Below are positions 37,764 through 50,337 of a stretch of DNA of 64,000 nucleotides, one piece after another. Source of the DNA: Octopus bimaculoides (Eukaryota). Location of the stretch: positions 4,149,519 through 4,213,518 of the forward strand of contig NC_068994.1 of the NCBI RefSeq assembly GCF_001194135.2, in the 5' to 3' direction. Both the position numbers and the translations under genes were made by a program. The notes under the pieces were generated by a model. That model did not search any database. It saw only the letters and a program-made list of their open reading frames with translations, and was not told the DNA's origin. The number at the start of each line of letters is the position of its first letter. Within the stretch, counting starts at the first letter, position 1.

Positions 37764-38036
37764 GGGCATATGGTATAGTGGTAAAGAGCGCGGGCTACTA
37801 ACCCCAAGATTCCGAGTTCGATTCCAGGCAGTGACCTGAATAATAATAATAATAATAACAACAACATTGAAAAATACCTTAGGAATGGGAACCCAGGTTC
37901 AAAATTCCCCCAAGACACCTGATGAAAGCTGAAGGGTATATCAGCTGAAATGTTGTGTTAACAACAAACAAGATGAGGATAAATATCCTTCAAATGTAAA
38001 TAATGTACATAATTCCTCATCTCTAAAATACAGAAC
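37764..38036 (+). mobile_element. tRNA-headed SINE family H carrying a hammerhead ribozyme motif
   Basis: A box TGGTATAGTGG (37771), B box GTTCGATTCC (37816-37825), (AAT)n linker, hammerhead at 37914-37959, no TTTT in the body. Second copy at 25169-25436. Confidence 0.88.
37914..37959 (+). ncRNA. Minimal type-I hammerhead ribozyme motif
   Basis: Stem I GACAC/GTGTT, core CTGATGA, extra A, stem II AGCTGA/TCAGCT with 8-nt loop, GAAA, near-palindromic stem III (AATGTT, a likely CpG decay of AACGTT), and GUU cleavage triplet. Confidence 0.75.
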
Positions 38037-38082
38037 TGTTCTACTTCTTGTTTGTTGCACCAAGACTATCTGTCTGCCTGTC

Positions 38083-38146
<64 letters not shown>

Positions 38147-39712
38147 NNNNNNNNNNNNNNNNNNNNNNNNNNNNNNNNNNNNNNNNNNNNNNNNNNNNNN
38201 NNNNNNNNNNNNNNNNNNNNNNNNNNNNNNNNNNNNNNNNNNNNNNNNNNNNNNNNNNNNNNNNNNNNNNNNNNNNNNNNNNNNNNNNNNNNNNNNNNNN
38301 NNNNNNNNNNNNNNNNNNNNNNNNNNNNNNNNNNNNNNNNNNNNNNNNNNNNNNNNNNNNNNNNNNNNNNNNNNNNNNNNNNNNNNNNNNNNNNNNNNNN
38401 NNNNNNNNNNNNNNNNNNNNNNNNNNNNNNNNNNNNNNNNNNNNNNNNNNNNNNNNNNNNNNNNNNNNNNNNNNNNNNNNNNNNNNNNNNNNNNNNNNNN
38501 AATGGTGGTGTGTTTACGTCCCCGTAACTTAGCGGTTCGGCACAAGAGACCGATAGAATAAACACTAGGCTGCCAAAGAATAAATCCTGGGGTCGACTTG
38601 ATCGACTAAAGGCGGTGCTCCAGCATGGCCGCAGTCAAATGACAAACAAGTAAAAGAGTAAAAGAATATATATATCAGTAGATAGATGTATGGATAGATA
38701 GATAGACATATATGTGTGTGTGTGTATGTATACATATAACAGATACACACAGACAAGTGTAGATCACCATATAAGTTATAACTACTTGTGGCTATCTGTC
38801 TGAAAAGGCTCTTTTACTCACTCTCTCTCTACTCCTATTTCACTTTATTTTCTCTTTCCTCCCTCCCTCCCTCCCCCCTCCCGTCGGTCTCTTGCTGTCT
38901 TTTTAGTCTTTGTGTCCTGTCTCTCTCTTTCTCTCCATCTCTTGTGTACCAGTCTGTCCATAACACTTCTCTTGTATCAAGTGTGTGTTTGTGTATATTA
39001 TATATGACAATTAGTCCTTATGTGCGTGTGTGGTTGTAATGGTTGTCTCTGTCCGTCCATCCGTCCGCCTGTCTGTCTTCTCTCCTCTCTGTCTTCTTTC
39101 TCTATTCTCTTCCACACAAACCTCACACATTATATATATATATATATATAATATAGCACACATACATAAACACACACACACACATATATGAGTGTGTCTA
39201 TAATGTAGATGCTCTCATACACACAGCCACACGAACAGGGTATCCACAATATTACTGCCTATACTTGGAAATCTGCCCACCCTTTTTCCTTTCCCTCTCT
39301 CTCTCTATCTCTCTTTTACAAAAATTACAAACACACATACACAACATGTATAAACACACGCATTCTCCACTTGACATAAACACGTACATACAATCTCACA
39401 GTGTTAACAACACGCGTTCTCTCTCTCTCTCGTCCACAAACACACACACACACATTTACCTACACACACACACACACAAATATATGCATATGTCTATATA
39501 TATATGTAGTTATATACATATATATATTTGCTGTCTCATGCTCATACACATGTACGCACAGACATATACATATATAGGACAGTCGGCACTCTATATACAA
39601 ACATCTATATACATATACAAACACACAGCTTCAATATCATAAACATTGACATCTCCCACACAACACATATACACACACACGGTCAGTGTCATCTCTGTAT
39701 CTTTATACATAC

Positions 39713-39755
<43 letters not shown>

Positions 39756-41544
39756 NNNNNNNNNNNNNNNNNNNNNNNNNNNNNNNNNNNNNNNNNNNNN
39801 NNNNNNNNNNNNNNNNNNNNNNNNNNNNNNNNNNNNNNNNNNNNNNNNNNNNNNNNNNNNNNNNNNNNNNNNNNATATATTTAGAGAGACATCAAGCTTA
39901 TACATACACACACTTTCAGGATGGTATTACAGTGACAACCATATTACAACCACACACACACACACAGACAAACACATATGCATAGTATTGTATTGTAGTA
40001 TTTACATACACACGCACATAAGGGCTAATTGTCATATATATTAGACATAAACACACACACACTTTTAGGCTAGAACCACACTGTGGCAACCACAGACACA
40101 CACAAATTGTGTCGGTATCATATACACATATACATGCATATACAAAATATAGATACACACACATTCATACTTGTATAGGATGCACACACACACACACTTA
40201 CAAAGATGTATACATATATATATATATATATACACATGTAAACATATACATGTATACACATACACACACACAGAGACGAGCGCGCGCGGTGTTAGGCCTC
40301 CGCCTCTACCTTAACAAGACACATAAATAGACTGTTATACACACACACCTCAGTGACCCGCCCCTCCAACACTCTACACTGTCTTATGTACACATTAACA
40401 CCATACTAGAGACACCCACCCTTACTTTCCTGCTCTTTATCTTTCACTCTCTCTCTCTCTCTTGCCCCCCTCCCACTGCACTCAACATACTACACACACA
40501 CACAAAAAATATACACACCCTAACCACTTTTCTCCCTACTCATATACAGCATAACATACACACACACACACACATATATATGTATACAAACACATATCTG
40601 TCTATATATATGTATGCATGTATTATACGCTACGTACAAACACGAATACACGCGCACATCCCCTCCATGTACGCATCCTCACCCACACACCATTGCCGTT
40701 ATCTCGTCCCCTTCACACACAGCTACCCGACACTTAAGTAAAACTACACACATACAGATATATAGCACGCATACACACACACATAACGTAGACTATTCAT
40801 TACTTTAGTCTTTCTTTCCTCTTCGCACACACACACACACGCATGCATGCACACAGATACACGCGGAATCGAAACCACTCTCCCCTCTTAGTACACCCCC
40901 CGCCGTCGACTTGCTCTCTGCACACACACACACACACAGAACCACCACCAAACCAATGAGAGAGAGAGAGAGAGCCATTACGTGGTCGCTTCACCTGCTA
41001 GAAAAAGCAGCCGCATTTCCCTCCAATCGCACTTCCTAGCACCTTCGAAAACTGACGGGATGCTCACGGCTGGAACGCCTGTGGTCGTAGGTCCGCTCGG
41101 TCACGGCTGACCTGCAGCTAAACACGCACAAACAAGGACACGAAACCACAACATATTTTTGCCACAACCTCGTCCACATGCACGCATTCACACACACCAT
41201 ACAACATCTACCCTGCTCTATACCAAAGTACACTCCCACCCTTTCACACATCTGTATTGCACCACCACACACTGTACCGNNNNNNNNNNNNNNNNNNNNN
41301 NNNNNNNNNNNNNNNNNNNNNNNNNNNNNNNNNNNNNNNNNNNNNNNNNNNNNNNNNNNNNNNNNNNNNNNNNNNNNNNNNNNNNNNNNNNNNNNNNNNN
41401 NNNNNNNNAGCCACACCACGTTCAACCATTTTTCACCGCCAGACACTCGCCATACTCATACATCTAATACACACTGACATGTACACCCCACAGCACTTAA
41501 GAAACTACATACCCTAACCTCCCTTCCTTCTCACTCATCCTTAT

Positions 41545-41598
<54 letters not shown>

Positions 41599-44558
41599 CT
41601 ACCATCACTGCCTCACACTATATGCACGCACACAACCACCAGTCTCTCCACACACACACATACATATATAGAACCACCACACACTATCTCTCTGTCTCTA
41701 CTCAAATACACACACACACACACATCAACCACTACACACCACGCTCGCCTATCTCTAACCCTCCTATTCTCTCGACACACAAACACCAGGTTTTCACCTC
41801 ACTGCCACACCGCCTTACTCTTCCCTCCTACACACACACACACACAAATATATTTATACACACCATACTAATCCCTTACTTCAATCTATACACACACACA
41901 TACGCATACACACAGAGATCACATACTCATATTACCCAGTCCCCTCTCTACTCCCGCTCAACTCCACCTCCTCCTCGTTCTATACACACAAGTCTCACCA
42001 CCACCTTGCTACACATACCACCACCGACACCATCCTCCAAACACACCACCTCGCTCACATACTAAGTCCCTTACAAACGCACCAACACTAAACATACCAT
42101 AGCCCCACCTCGTGTATATATATATATATACACACACATACATACAGCACCGGTTTCACCACCACCACTACCACCACCAACACACAAACATACCAACCCT
42201 ACCTCTATATACACACCACGGTTTCACCACCGTGCTAAACATACCAACCTCCAGTTCTCCTGTTATACACCACTGTTTCACCACCACAGAAGCGTACCAG
42301 CCCCACCTTCCCGTCCACACTACAGTTTCACCACCTTACTAAATATACCGGCTCCCCGCCCCACGTACACTTTCATATACACACCACTGGCTCACCGCCA
42401 CCGCCACCATCGCCACATAAACCATACCAACCCCCTACCTTTATATACAGACCACGGTTTCACCACCATGCTAGACATACCAGCCCCTCTCTATCAACAC
42501 ACCATAGTCTCACAGCCACACTAAACATACCAACCCCTTCGCGCACACACACACACACACACACAAACCATAGTTCCACCACCACTACCACCATCACCGC
42601 CAGCATACTACTATACGCATAGTCCCCTGCAAGCTCACACATACACCACTCTCACCTCTTCTCTACACAAGGCCAGCCCTTCCATACAAACCACACACAC
42701 ACACACATACACTAGCACACCATACATACATATCAGTCCCCTGCAAACAACACACCACCACCACCACCACGATTATCATCATCAGCGCCACCGCCATCTC
42801 ACTCTCACCACCTCACCATATTCAGACCGTCTCCAGAGAACCGTCTGATCCACGCAGTAGGTGGTTCTGAGCAAGATGCCGACTCGGTCCTGGTCTCCAG
42901 TCCAATATGATGACACTTGGTCAGTGATGAAACAGTAGCGAGGTAAGGAAGACTTCAATATCTACTCATTTTTCTCACACCACTAGCCATTGCCCACTCC
43001 ATTCATTGACCTGGCTATCCTCGCTTCTCCTCTGCACACACCCTGACGCAACCCTATTGATTCACCTTTGCTATTTTCTTTTCTTTGTATATTTATCTCT
43101 ATGTATATACCTGTTTACCTCGATCGATCTACCTATCATTCAATCTTTATCTATCTCTCTATCTGTTCATCTATCTATCTATCTATCATCTATCTCTATG
43201 CATCTAAATATTTATCTATCTATCTACCTATCCATTTATCTATTTGTCTGTCTGTTTATCTATTCATCGATCTATGTCTCCATCTACCTGTTCGTCTACA
43301 TCTACATTTCGTTCCTTTTTTATTCTCTCAATTCTCTGCTTTCTTCTTTCGTTCAATCTTTTCCTCATATATCTCTCTATCCATCTATTTATCTATTTGT
43401 GTGTCTGTCTATACATCTATGTATCTCTCTGTCTATGCATGTCTCTCTCTCTCTCTCCTTCCCTTCCACCAACCCATTAGGTGTGACAGGTGACACAGTC
43501 CACTACCCCCGCCACCGCAACCAGCGTTGGTGACAGAGGTGACTGGTTCCTATCTTCTCTCACTCCTTTGCCCTCTTCCCGCATCCATTTATTAGCTCAT
43601 CCTTACTTACACATCTATCTCTTTCTCTCATTTACATGCATGTGTAAATATACGTACACACATGTACACGTCTATACACACACAGACAACACATATATAT
43701 ATTTATACACACAATAGGTTCTAAAGTGACTCAAGGGTCCAGAGCTTCGGGTACTACACTTATGTATGCGTGTATGTGATCCGAGAAAATACTTCGCGGG
43801 GTTTAGTTATATGCCGTTACGATTTGAGCTCAAATCCCACCAAGGTCGACATTACTTATTCATTCGCTTGGGTTATGATATTTGATTGTATACCTTCGCG
43901 CCCTCCACAAACTACGTGGTCTGGCCATGCCAAAAACCTCTCGTCTGTCTGTGTGAGTGTGTACGCGCGCGTGTACTTATTTGTTCGTTCGTGTATCGGT
44001 TTCCTTATCTGTCGATTCCACACATATACCTACCTACATGCATATATATATATATTTATATATGTATGCATGCCTGTGGTAAACAGTTGACAGAGCCGGT
44101 ACGATAATGTTGATTTCTTTAAAAGTTACCATGTTATTTAAGGCGGTGCTCCAGCATGACCGTAGTCCGACTGAAACCACTAAAAGAATATGTATGTTCT
44201 CCACTCCGTATTCTTTACCTTTGCCATATATATATATGTGTATATATTCCACGGAAATACTATTTATCGCCGGTATATAAATTTATAAATTTACAACCCT
44301 TGGTCTGTAACTAGTTTAATTAAGTGCTAACGCACGAAACTCTCGGCTCTTGAGTCACTTTGTTGCTTCTGCTAAATATATTTCAATGTATATATATATA
44401 TATATATATACATATATAATATCTATTGAGACATAATTATGTCCATATGTGTGTATTTGTGAGGATGAGGATGTGGAGATACTGCAACGAGTTCAGTGGT
44501 CTTGGAGGACCTCCAAAGGTCATGGCTATCGTTCCTTCTTCCTCTACAGTCTGCAAGT

Positions 44559-44598
<40 letters not shown>

Positions 44599-45068
44599 AT
44601 GGCATAAATGTTTGTGTAATCTACGTTTACAAAGTATATATGCCTGACCCTCTCTTTTTTGAGGGTCAGAGGGAATGGATCCCTGAAGTATGATAAATGA
44701 TAAAGGACCACCTGGTTACATAACACTTAAAACCTCCCTCTACTTTTCTCTCTCTATCTATATATGTGTATGTATATAATATATTATGTATATATACAAA
44801 TACCTAGTATTTTTTATTAGCTCTGGTCATGGTGGGACTCCATTTTATTTATATGTTCTGTTCTCTACCACCGCGCTCGACAATCGGTGTTGGTGTGTTT
44901 TCGTCCCCGTAAGCTAGCGATTGGGCTGAAGAAACCGATAGAATAAGTAACGAAGCTTTACAAAAAAAGATAGAAAGTGCTGGGGGTCGATCGGTTCGAT
45001 TATAATTCAAGGTGGTGCTCCAGCATGGCTGCAGACTCAGGACTGAGACAAGTAAAAAATAAAAGGTG

Positions 45069-45100
<32 letters not shown>

Positions 45101-46605
45101 GTGTGTCTGTGTGTTGGAGACTTGTGTAATTAACGTGTCGTGTCCTTCCCTTCGCGTCTCTCACTCGCATCTTTTCTCTCTCAGTTATCTCTCAATCACA
45201 TCACGTTCTCTCCTCACTGACACCCTTTCCTTCTCTCTCTCTCTCCTTGTTCTCTCATTCTTTCTTCTTCCCCTCTCTTCCCTTTCGTACAAACTGACCA
45301 TCAACCCCTTTGCTTTAACTACCAGTAACCTTACAATGGTGATAGAAAAGGCACACTTGCAGTAAGTCTTTGGTTGGCTTCATGACCCCTTGGGCTAGGT
45401 CAACGGCTATTCTCCACTCCAAACCTGCTGACCACTTCCACCACCACCACCACCACTACTGTCCAAAGTAATTGAGACATAACCAGCCTCTGTGATACAA
45501 AGATAGAAAGTTAAGATCCTTCCCTCTTGTCTTGTGTTTTGCAGGTTTTGATCATAAGAATTGAATATGTGTGTGTGTATTTAGAAGGAGGGGGAATTTT
45601 ATGCACATCAATTTAAAGATAAATATATGCAATACAGGAGCAGGTGTGGTTGTGTGGTAGAAATAAAGAAGCTTACTTCCTAACCACGTGGTTCCAGGTT
45701 CAGTACCATGGCATGATATCTTGCCTCTTTCTTTTGCCTTGGGCTCCAGCATGTCCACAGACTGAAACAAGTAAAACAATATGCAATATGTAAGACTTAT
45801 GTGGATGAAGATGATGGGGTTGTTAGTAGCCAAAATTAAGACTGATGACTTTGAAAAAGAAAATAAATGAATAAAATTTACAGTTTATTTTCGAGAGTAA
45901 AATAAGGAATTTGTGGTGTTCATGTCATGATTGAATTCTTTGTGAAAGTTTTGAAGTTGTTTGACCTCAGGTCAGACATGGTGCAGCAGATCTATGATTA
46001 AAGGTATGCCCATTGTGAATATGTTACCTGTTGGACTACATTATATAATGTGTATATCCCTTTTTTTAAGACTGTATGATGTGATTTGAGAAAATTTGGT
46101 AGCTATTTCTAGACTCACTTTTTGGTTCACAGATGTGGTAGTTCAACTAGGGATTGAAACCTTAATTATTGGTTGTCATTGTTGAGATGTTATTGAACAA
46201 AGTGTTGTTTTGGATCATCGTCATATTAACTATCAAACTGTACCAGAAAATATTTAACTTTATCAGACAAATATTACACAATATTTAATTGTATAAAACA
46301 ATATGAAACTGTCTTAATACAAAACTCTATCAAACAATATATAACTATCAAACTTTATTAATCAATATTAAAACTGTATCAAACAATATTTCAAAAGCAC
46401 CCAGTAGTTTTTCCAAAGTGGTTAGCATTAGGAAGAGTATCCAGCCATAGAAACCATACCAAAACAAACAGTTGGAGCCTGTTGCAACTCTCAGGTTTGC
46501 CAGCTCCTGTCAAACTGTCCAACCCATGCCAGCAAGGAAAGCTGATGTTAGATGATGAGGATAATAATCATAAAAATTGTATCAAACAACTGTATCAAAC
46601 AATTC

Positions 46606-46833
46606 TTAACCCTTTCATTACCAACCTGGCTGAAACCAATTCTGGCTCTGAGTACAAATGTCTTGTTTTCATAAGTTCTGAATTAAAATCTTCCACCAAA
46701 CCTTAGTCACAATTTATGTTCTTAACACTAGCTGAATGATAACTAAGTTATTTTACTAAATTCTTTGTTATATTTAAAGTGATTGGAAGAAACACAGAGC
46801 ATCTCAACAGAAATATGGTAACAAAAGGGTTCA
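46606..46833 (+). mobile_element. Full-length piggyBac-like MITE (TTAA target, CCCTTT termini)
   Basis: TTAA|ccctttcattacca ... tggtaacaaaaggg|TTCA, with TIRs of about 14 bp. Truncated sibling at 5039. Confidence 0.8.
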
Positions 46834-49800
46834 ACTTCACCAAACAATGTTAAAACTGCATCAAGCAATACTAAAACTGTATGAAACAATATAACCATTA
46901 TATTACATATAGTATAATGTAATACAGAAAACATCTCTTCTCTCTCGACTACCAACCTACATTTGCATGGAGAACATCTTTTAAGGTTAATACCATCCTC
47001 TTAGGATTAATATTCCACGCATGTAAAATAGCAAGTTGGCAGAATTGTTAGCACGTTATGTGAAATGCTTAGTATTTTGGCTGTCTTTACATTCTGAGTT
47101 CAAATTCCGCCAAGGTTGAATTTTGCCTTTTATCCTTTAGGGGCTCGATAAATTTGGGACCAGTTGTGTACTGGGGTTGATCTAATCGACTGGGCCCTTC
47201 CTCCAAAATTTCGAGCCTTGTTCCTAGAGTAGAAACGGATATTCCACACAGGGAAACTAACTGTCATCCACCTCTTAATCCTTAAGCATTTAATCCGGCC
47301 ATATTCAGCTGAAATATTTTACCCATTTCATGTTCACACTGGCCAGATCTGACCTCTCACACCTACACTACAATGTGAATAAGGTCTCAATGCAAAAAGG
47401 TTAAAACAACAAACAGCTCTGCAATGATTTCTTTTTTTATTTTATCTGTTTCAGTCGTTTGACTGTGGCCATGCTGGGGCACCGCCTTCAAGGGTTCTAG
47501 TCGGAACAAATCAACCCTAGGACTTATTTTTTAAAGCTTAGTACTTATTCCATTGAACCCCTTTTGCTGAACCACTAAGTTATGGGGACGTAAACACACC
47601 AACACCAGTTGTCACCAACCCATACCTGTTTCCAAGTAGGGTATCACTTCTTTTTGGCTGGACATATTTTCGTGGAAGATTGGAAACAGTAACATTGCTT
47701 GCATAACAGTGACTCTTGTTTACGACTACGATGTGATGTCAGTAGAAGGCACTTACCCGATGTGCCAGGCAGTGGGATTTGAACCCAAAGCTATATGGTT
47801 GGGGAGCAAACTTCTCATTCGCACGCCGGACAGAATACTTAGCGGTATTTTGTCTGTCTTTAAGTTCTGAGTTCAAATTCTGCCAAGGTCGACTTTGTCT
47901 TTCATCCTTTCAAGGTTGATAAATTAAGTACCAGTAGCATAATGGGGTCGATCTAATCGACTGGCCCCCTTCCCCAAAATTTCAGGCCTTGTGCCTAGAG
48001 TAGAAACGAATATTAAAACATTATAATTGATTGATACTATTACCACCATTATTTAACGTCCATGTTCCATGCTGCAATGGGCAATATCACGTGTGTGTCT
48101 ACATATATATATATATATGTATATAAACTTGTTAAGCAGTATCAAACAATTGAGACCGCAACAGATAATATATTAAAGTCGCACATGTATGTAGAGAATA
48201 TCTGTGTCGGTATTTGCAAGGCTTGTGCGGAAAAAATGATTAATTTCAATTTTCAAAAACAGATGCTTTGCAGGAAAAAAAAAGAAACGAACAGTTGAAA
48301 TTTCTAAATTTATTTCTGATTACAAGAATAAATAATAATTCATTGATATTTGTCCGAAGTATAAACCATTCTGAGGTAAATGGCATACGATAGAGTGCTT
48401 ACCTGTGCCAAGGTGGAGGCGTGTGGCTCAGCAGTTAAGGGTGTTGTGGTTTTGGTCCTTGGATTGGTGATGTGTTGTGTTCTGGAGCAAAACACTTCAT
48501 TTCACGTTGCTCCAGTCTGACCAGCTGACAAAAAGGAGTAGTACCTGTGATGGGCTGGTATCCCATCCAAGAAGGGACTATAGTCACCATAGAAACTGGG
48601 GAACTGGCCCCTTGAGTTAATATGACTTGGAAAGGAACTTATCCTTACCTCTGTCAAGGGCAATGCTATTTTGCAGAAGGCCAGAAATTTTGAGGGGAGG
48701 TGGATAGCTGATACTATTAAATGCAGTACTTGATTGGTTCTCTATTTTGTCAATCCATAAAAATGGAAGGTGAAGGCAGTGGCCTAGAGGTTAGGGTGTT
48801 GCACTCGTGAGTGCAAGGTTGTGGTTTCGATTCCCAGACCAGGCACTGAATTGTGATTTTGAGCAAAGCACTTCATGTGGTTCCAGCCACTCAGCTGTGA
48901 ATGGGTGACCCTGCGACGGATTGGTATACCGTTTAAGGGGACATGTTGTGAACTTTGGTCGCTTACACATCATGGAATCTGTGTGATTAGTCCCTGGGAT
49001 TCAAGACAGTAATGTTTAGGGTTGATGATGATATGTCCAGTTTAAATACTAAAGGGTTGTAAATATTTGGAATCTAGAAGGAAGAAGGCTGCATAATGAG
49101 GGTTAACAATCTGGCCTCTGTGTTGAATAGTCTCCATTTTATGGTATGTGTTGTTAAAATTGTACTTAACGTAACTCCCATTATTATTATTATTATAACC
49201 ACCAAGATGGCAAGCTGGCAGAATCGCTAGTACACTGGATGAAATGCTTAGTGGTAATTCACCTGTTGCTACATTCTGAGTTCAATTTCCATCAAGGTCG
49301 ACTTTGCCTTTCATCCTTTTGGGGTCGATTAAATAAGTATCAGTTGAACACTGGGGTTGATGTAATCGACAAACCCCCACCCTCACCCAAGCTGCCCTTA
49401 TGGCAAAAATTTGAAATAATAATTATTATAATCATCAATCTTGATCCCACAGAATCTCAATTGGTAACGAGTCTTCTTATCCTGGAAGAATTTCTGTCAT
49501 AAAGGCAGCCGTAGTTCTCTCTTTTAGCAGAACAAATCTCAAGAAATGATGTTCTCGTGTGATACCTTTAGCCTCTTACACCTTATTCCCAATGGTTTCA
49601 TCTCATTATGAACATGTTCTTTGTCATGTTTACTCACATCAGGTGTGCAGACCAGAATAATTGAATAGTATTGAATTTCACCAAGTTTGTATGTGTTAAA
49701 ATTCATTTCTCGAACGATATCTGCCAGGACTGGTATAAACTCCATTTCCAATAATCATTCCCTGGTGGTGAACCATTGCTTCTCCAAGTCTTGTTTATTC

Positions 49801-50129
49801 AGAACGAGATGGGGGGGGTGGACGGTTGAAATATTCTACAAAATGTGAAAACTATTCCCATTGCTAGCACTGTGCGACTTTCCATTCGTATCAAACTCTG
49901 ACCAGAAACATCAAACATTGCTTCGATTCACTGCCAATATTGTTCTTTCTGACTAATTTCCTGCTGGTTAACAGCATCAATTATTTTCCCTTTAGATAAG
50001 TACGGTTTCCAGTTCACACCAGGCCTGGCAGTTTTTTTTAAATAATCAACATTCCTTGTAATGGTTATTCTAGGTTCAAACTCTGCTAGGGATACAAGTC
50101 CCACCACTGATCAGAGATGTTCCAATGGC

Positions 50130-50337
50130 TTAATCCTCTTAGCATTCAGATTATTCTGTCAAATCTAATTTCTTTCCCATTTGCATTGCTTTTAATTAAT
50201 CCTGCATTATTTTGATGATGTGATTGCATATTTTATTATGGCATTGAAGGGTAGGTGTGATAGGCTGGATAGAACATACATACAACAGGTAGGATATTTG
50301 GGCTGGAGATGGTCAGTTTAAATGCTAAGCGGTTCAG
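50130..50337 (+). mobile_element. Second TTAA-flanked MITE family (decayed)
   Basis: ttaatcctcttagcattcag...tttaaatgctaagcggttca. Related deleted or reversed copies at 47275-47403 and 50560-50690. Confidence 0.6.

Noticed and set aside
37764-37835. Functional tRNA gene (also other A/B-box heads at 28139, 32310, 34098, 37296)
   Set aside because: No complete cloverleaf or acceptor stem; each head continues into a multi-copy SINE body.
40975-41120. CpG-rich minus-strand exon or promoter (cag|GTCAGCC...CAG|gtgaag)
   Set aside because: It aligns with the dispersed family E copy at 11990-12135, and all frames are closed.
44460-44560. Short complex segment with open frames and a minus-strand acceptor (ttttacttgcag)
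   Set aside because: The matching donors are weak, several frames are equally plausible, and no peptide is recognisable.
49440-50040. Possible Tc1/mariner or LINE endonuclease relic (LADIVREMNF...)
   Set aside because: Similarity is too weak and ambiguous between families to call by eye.
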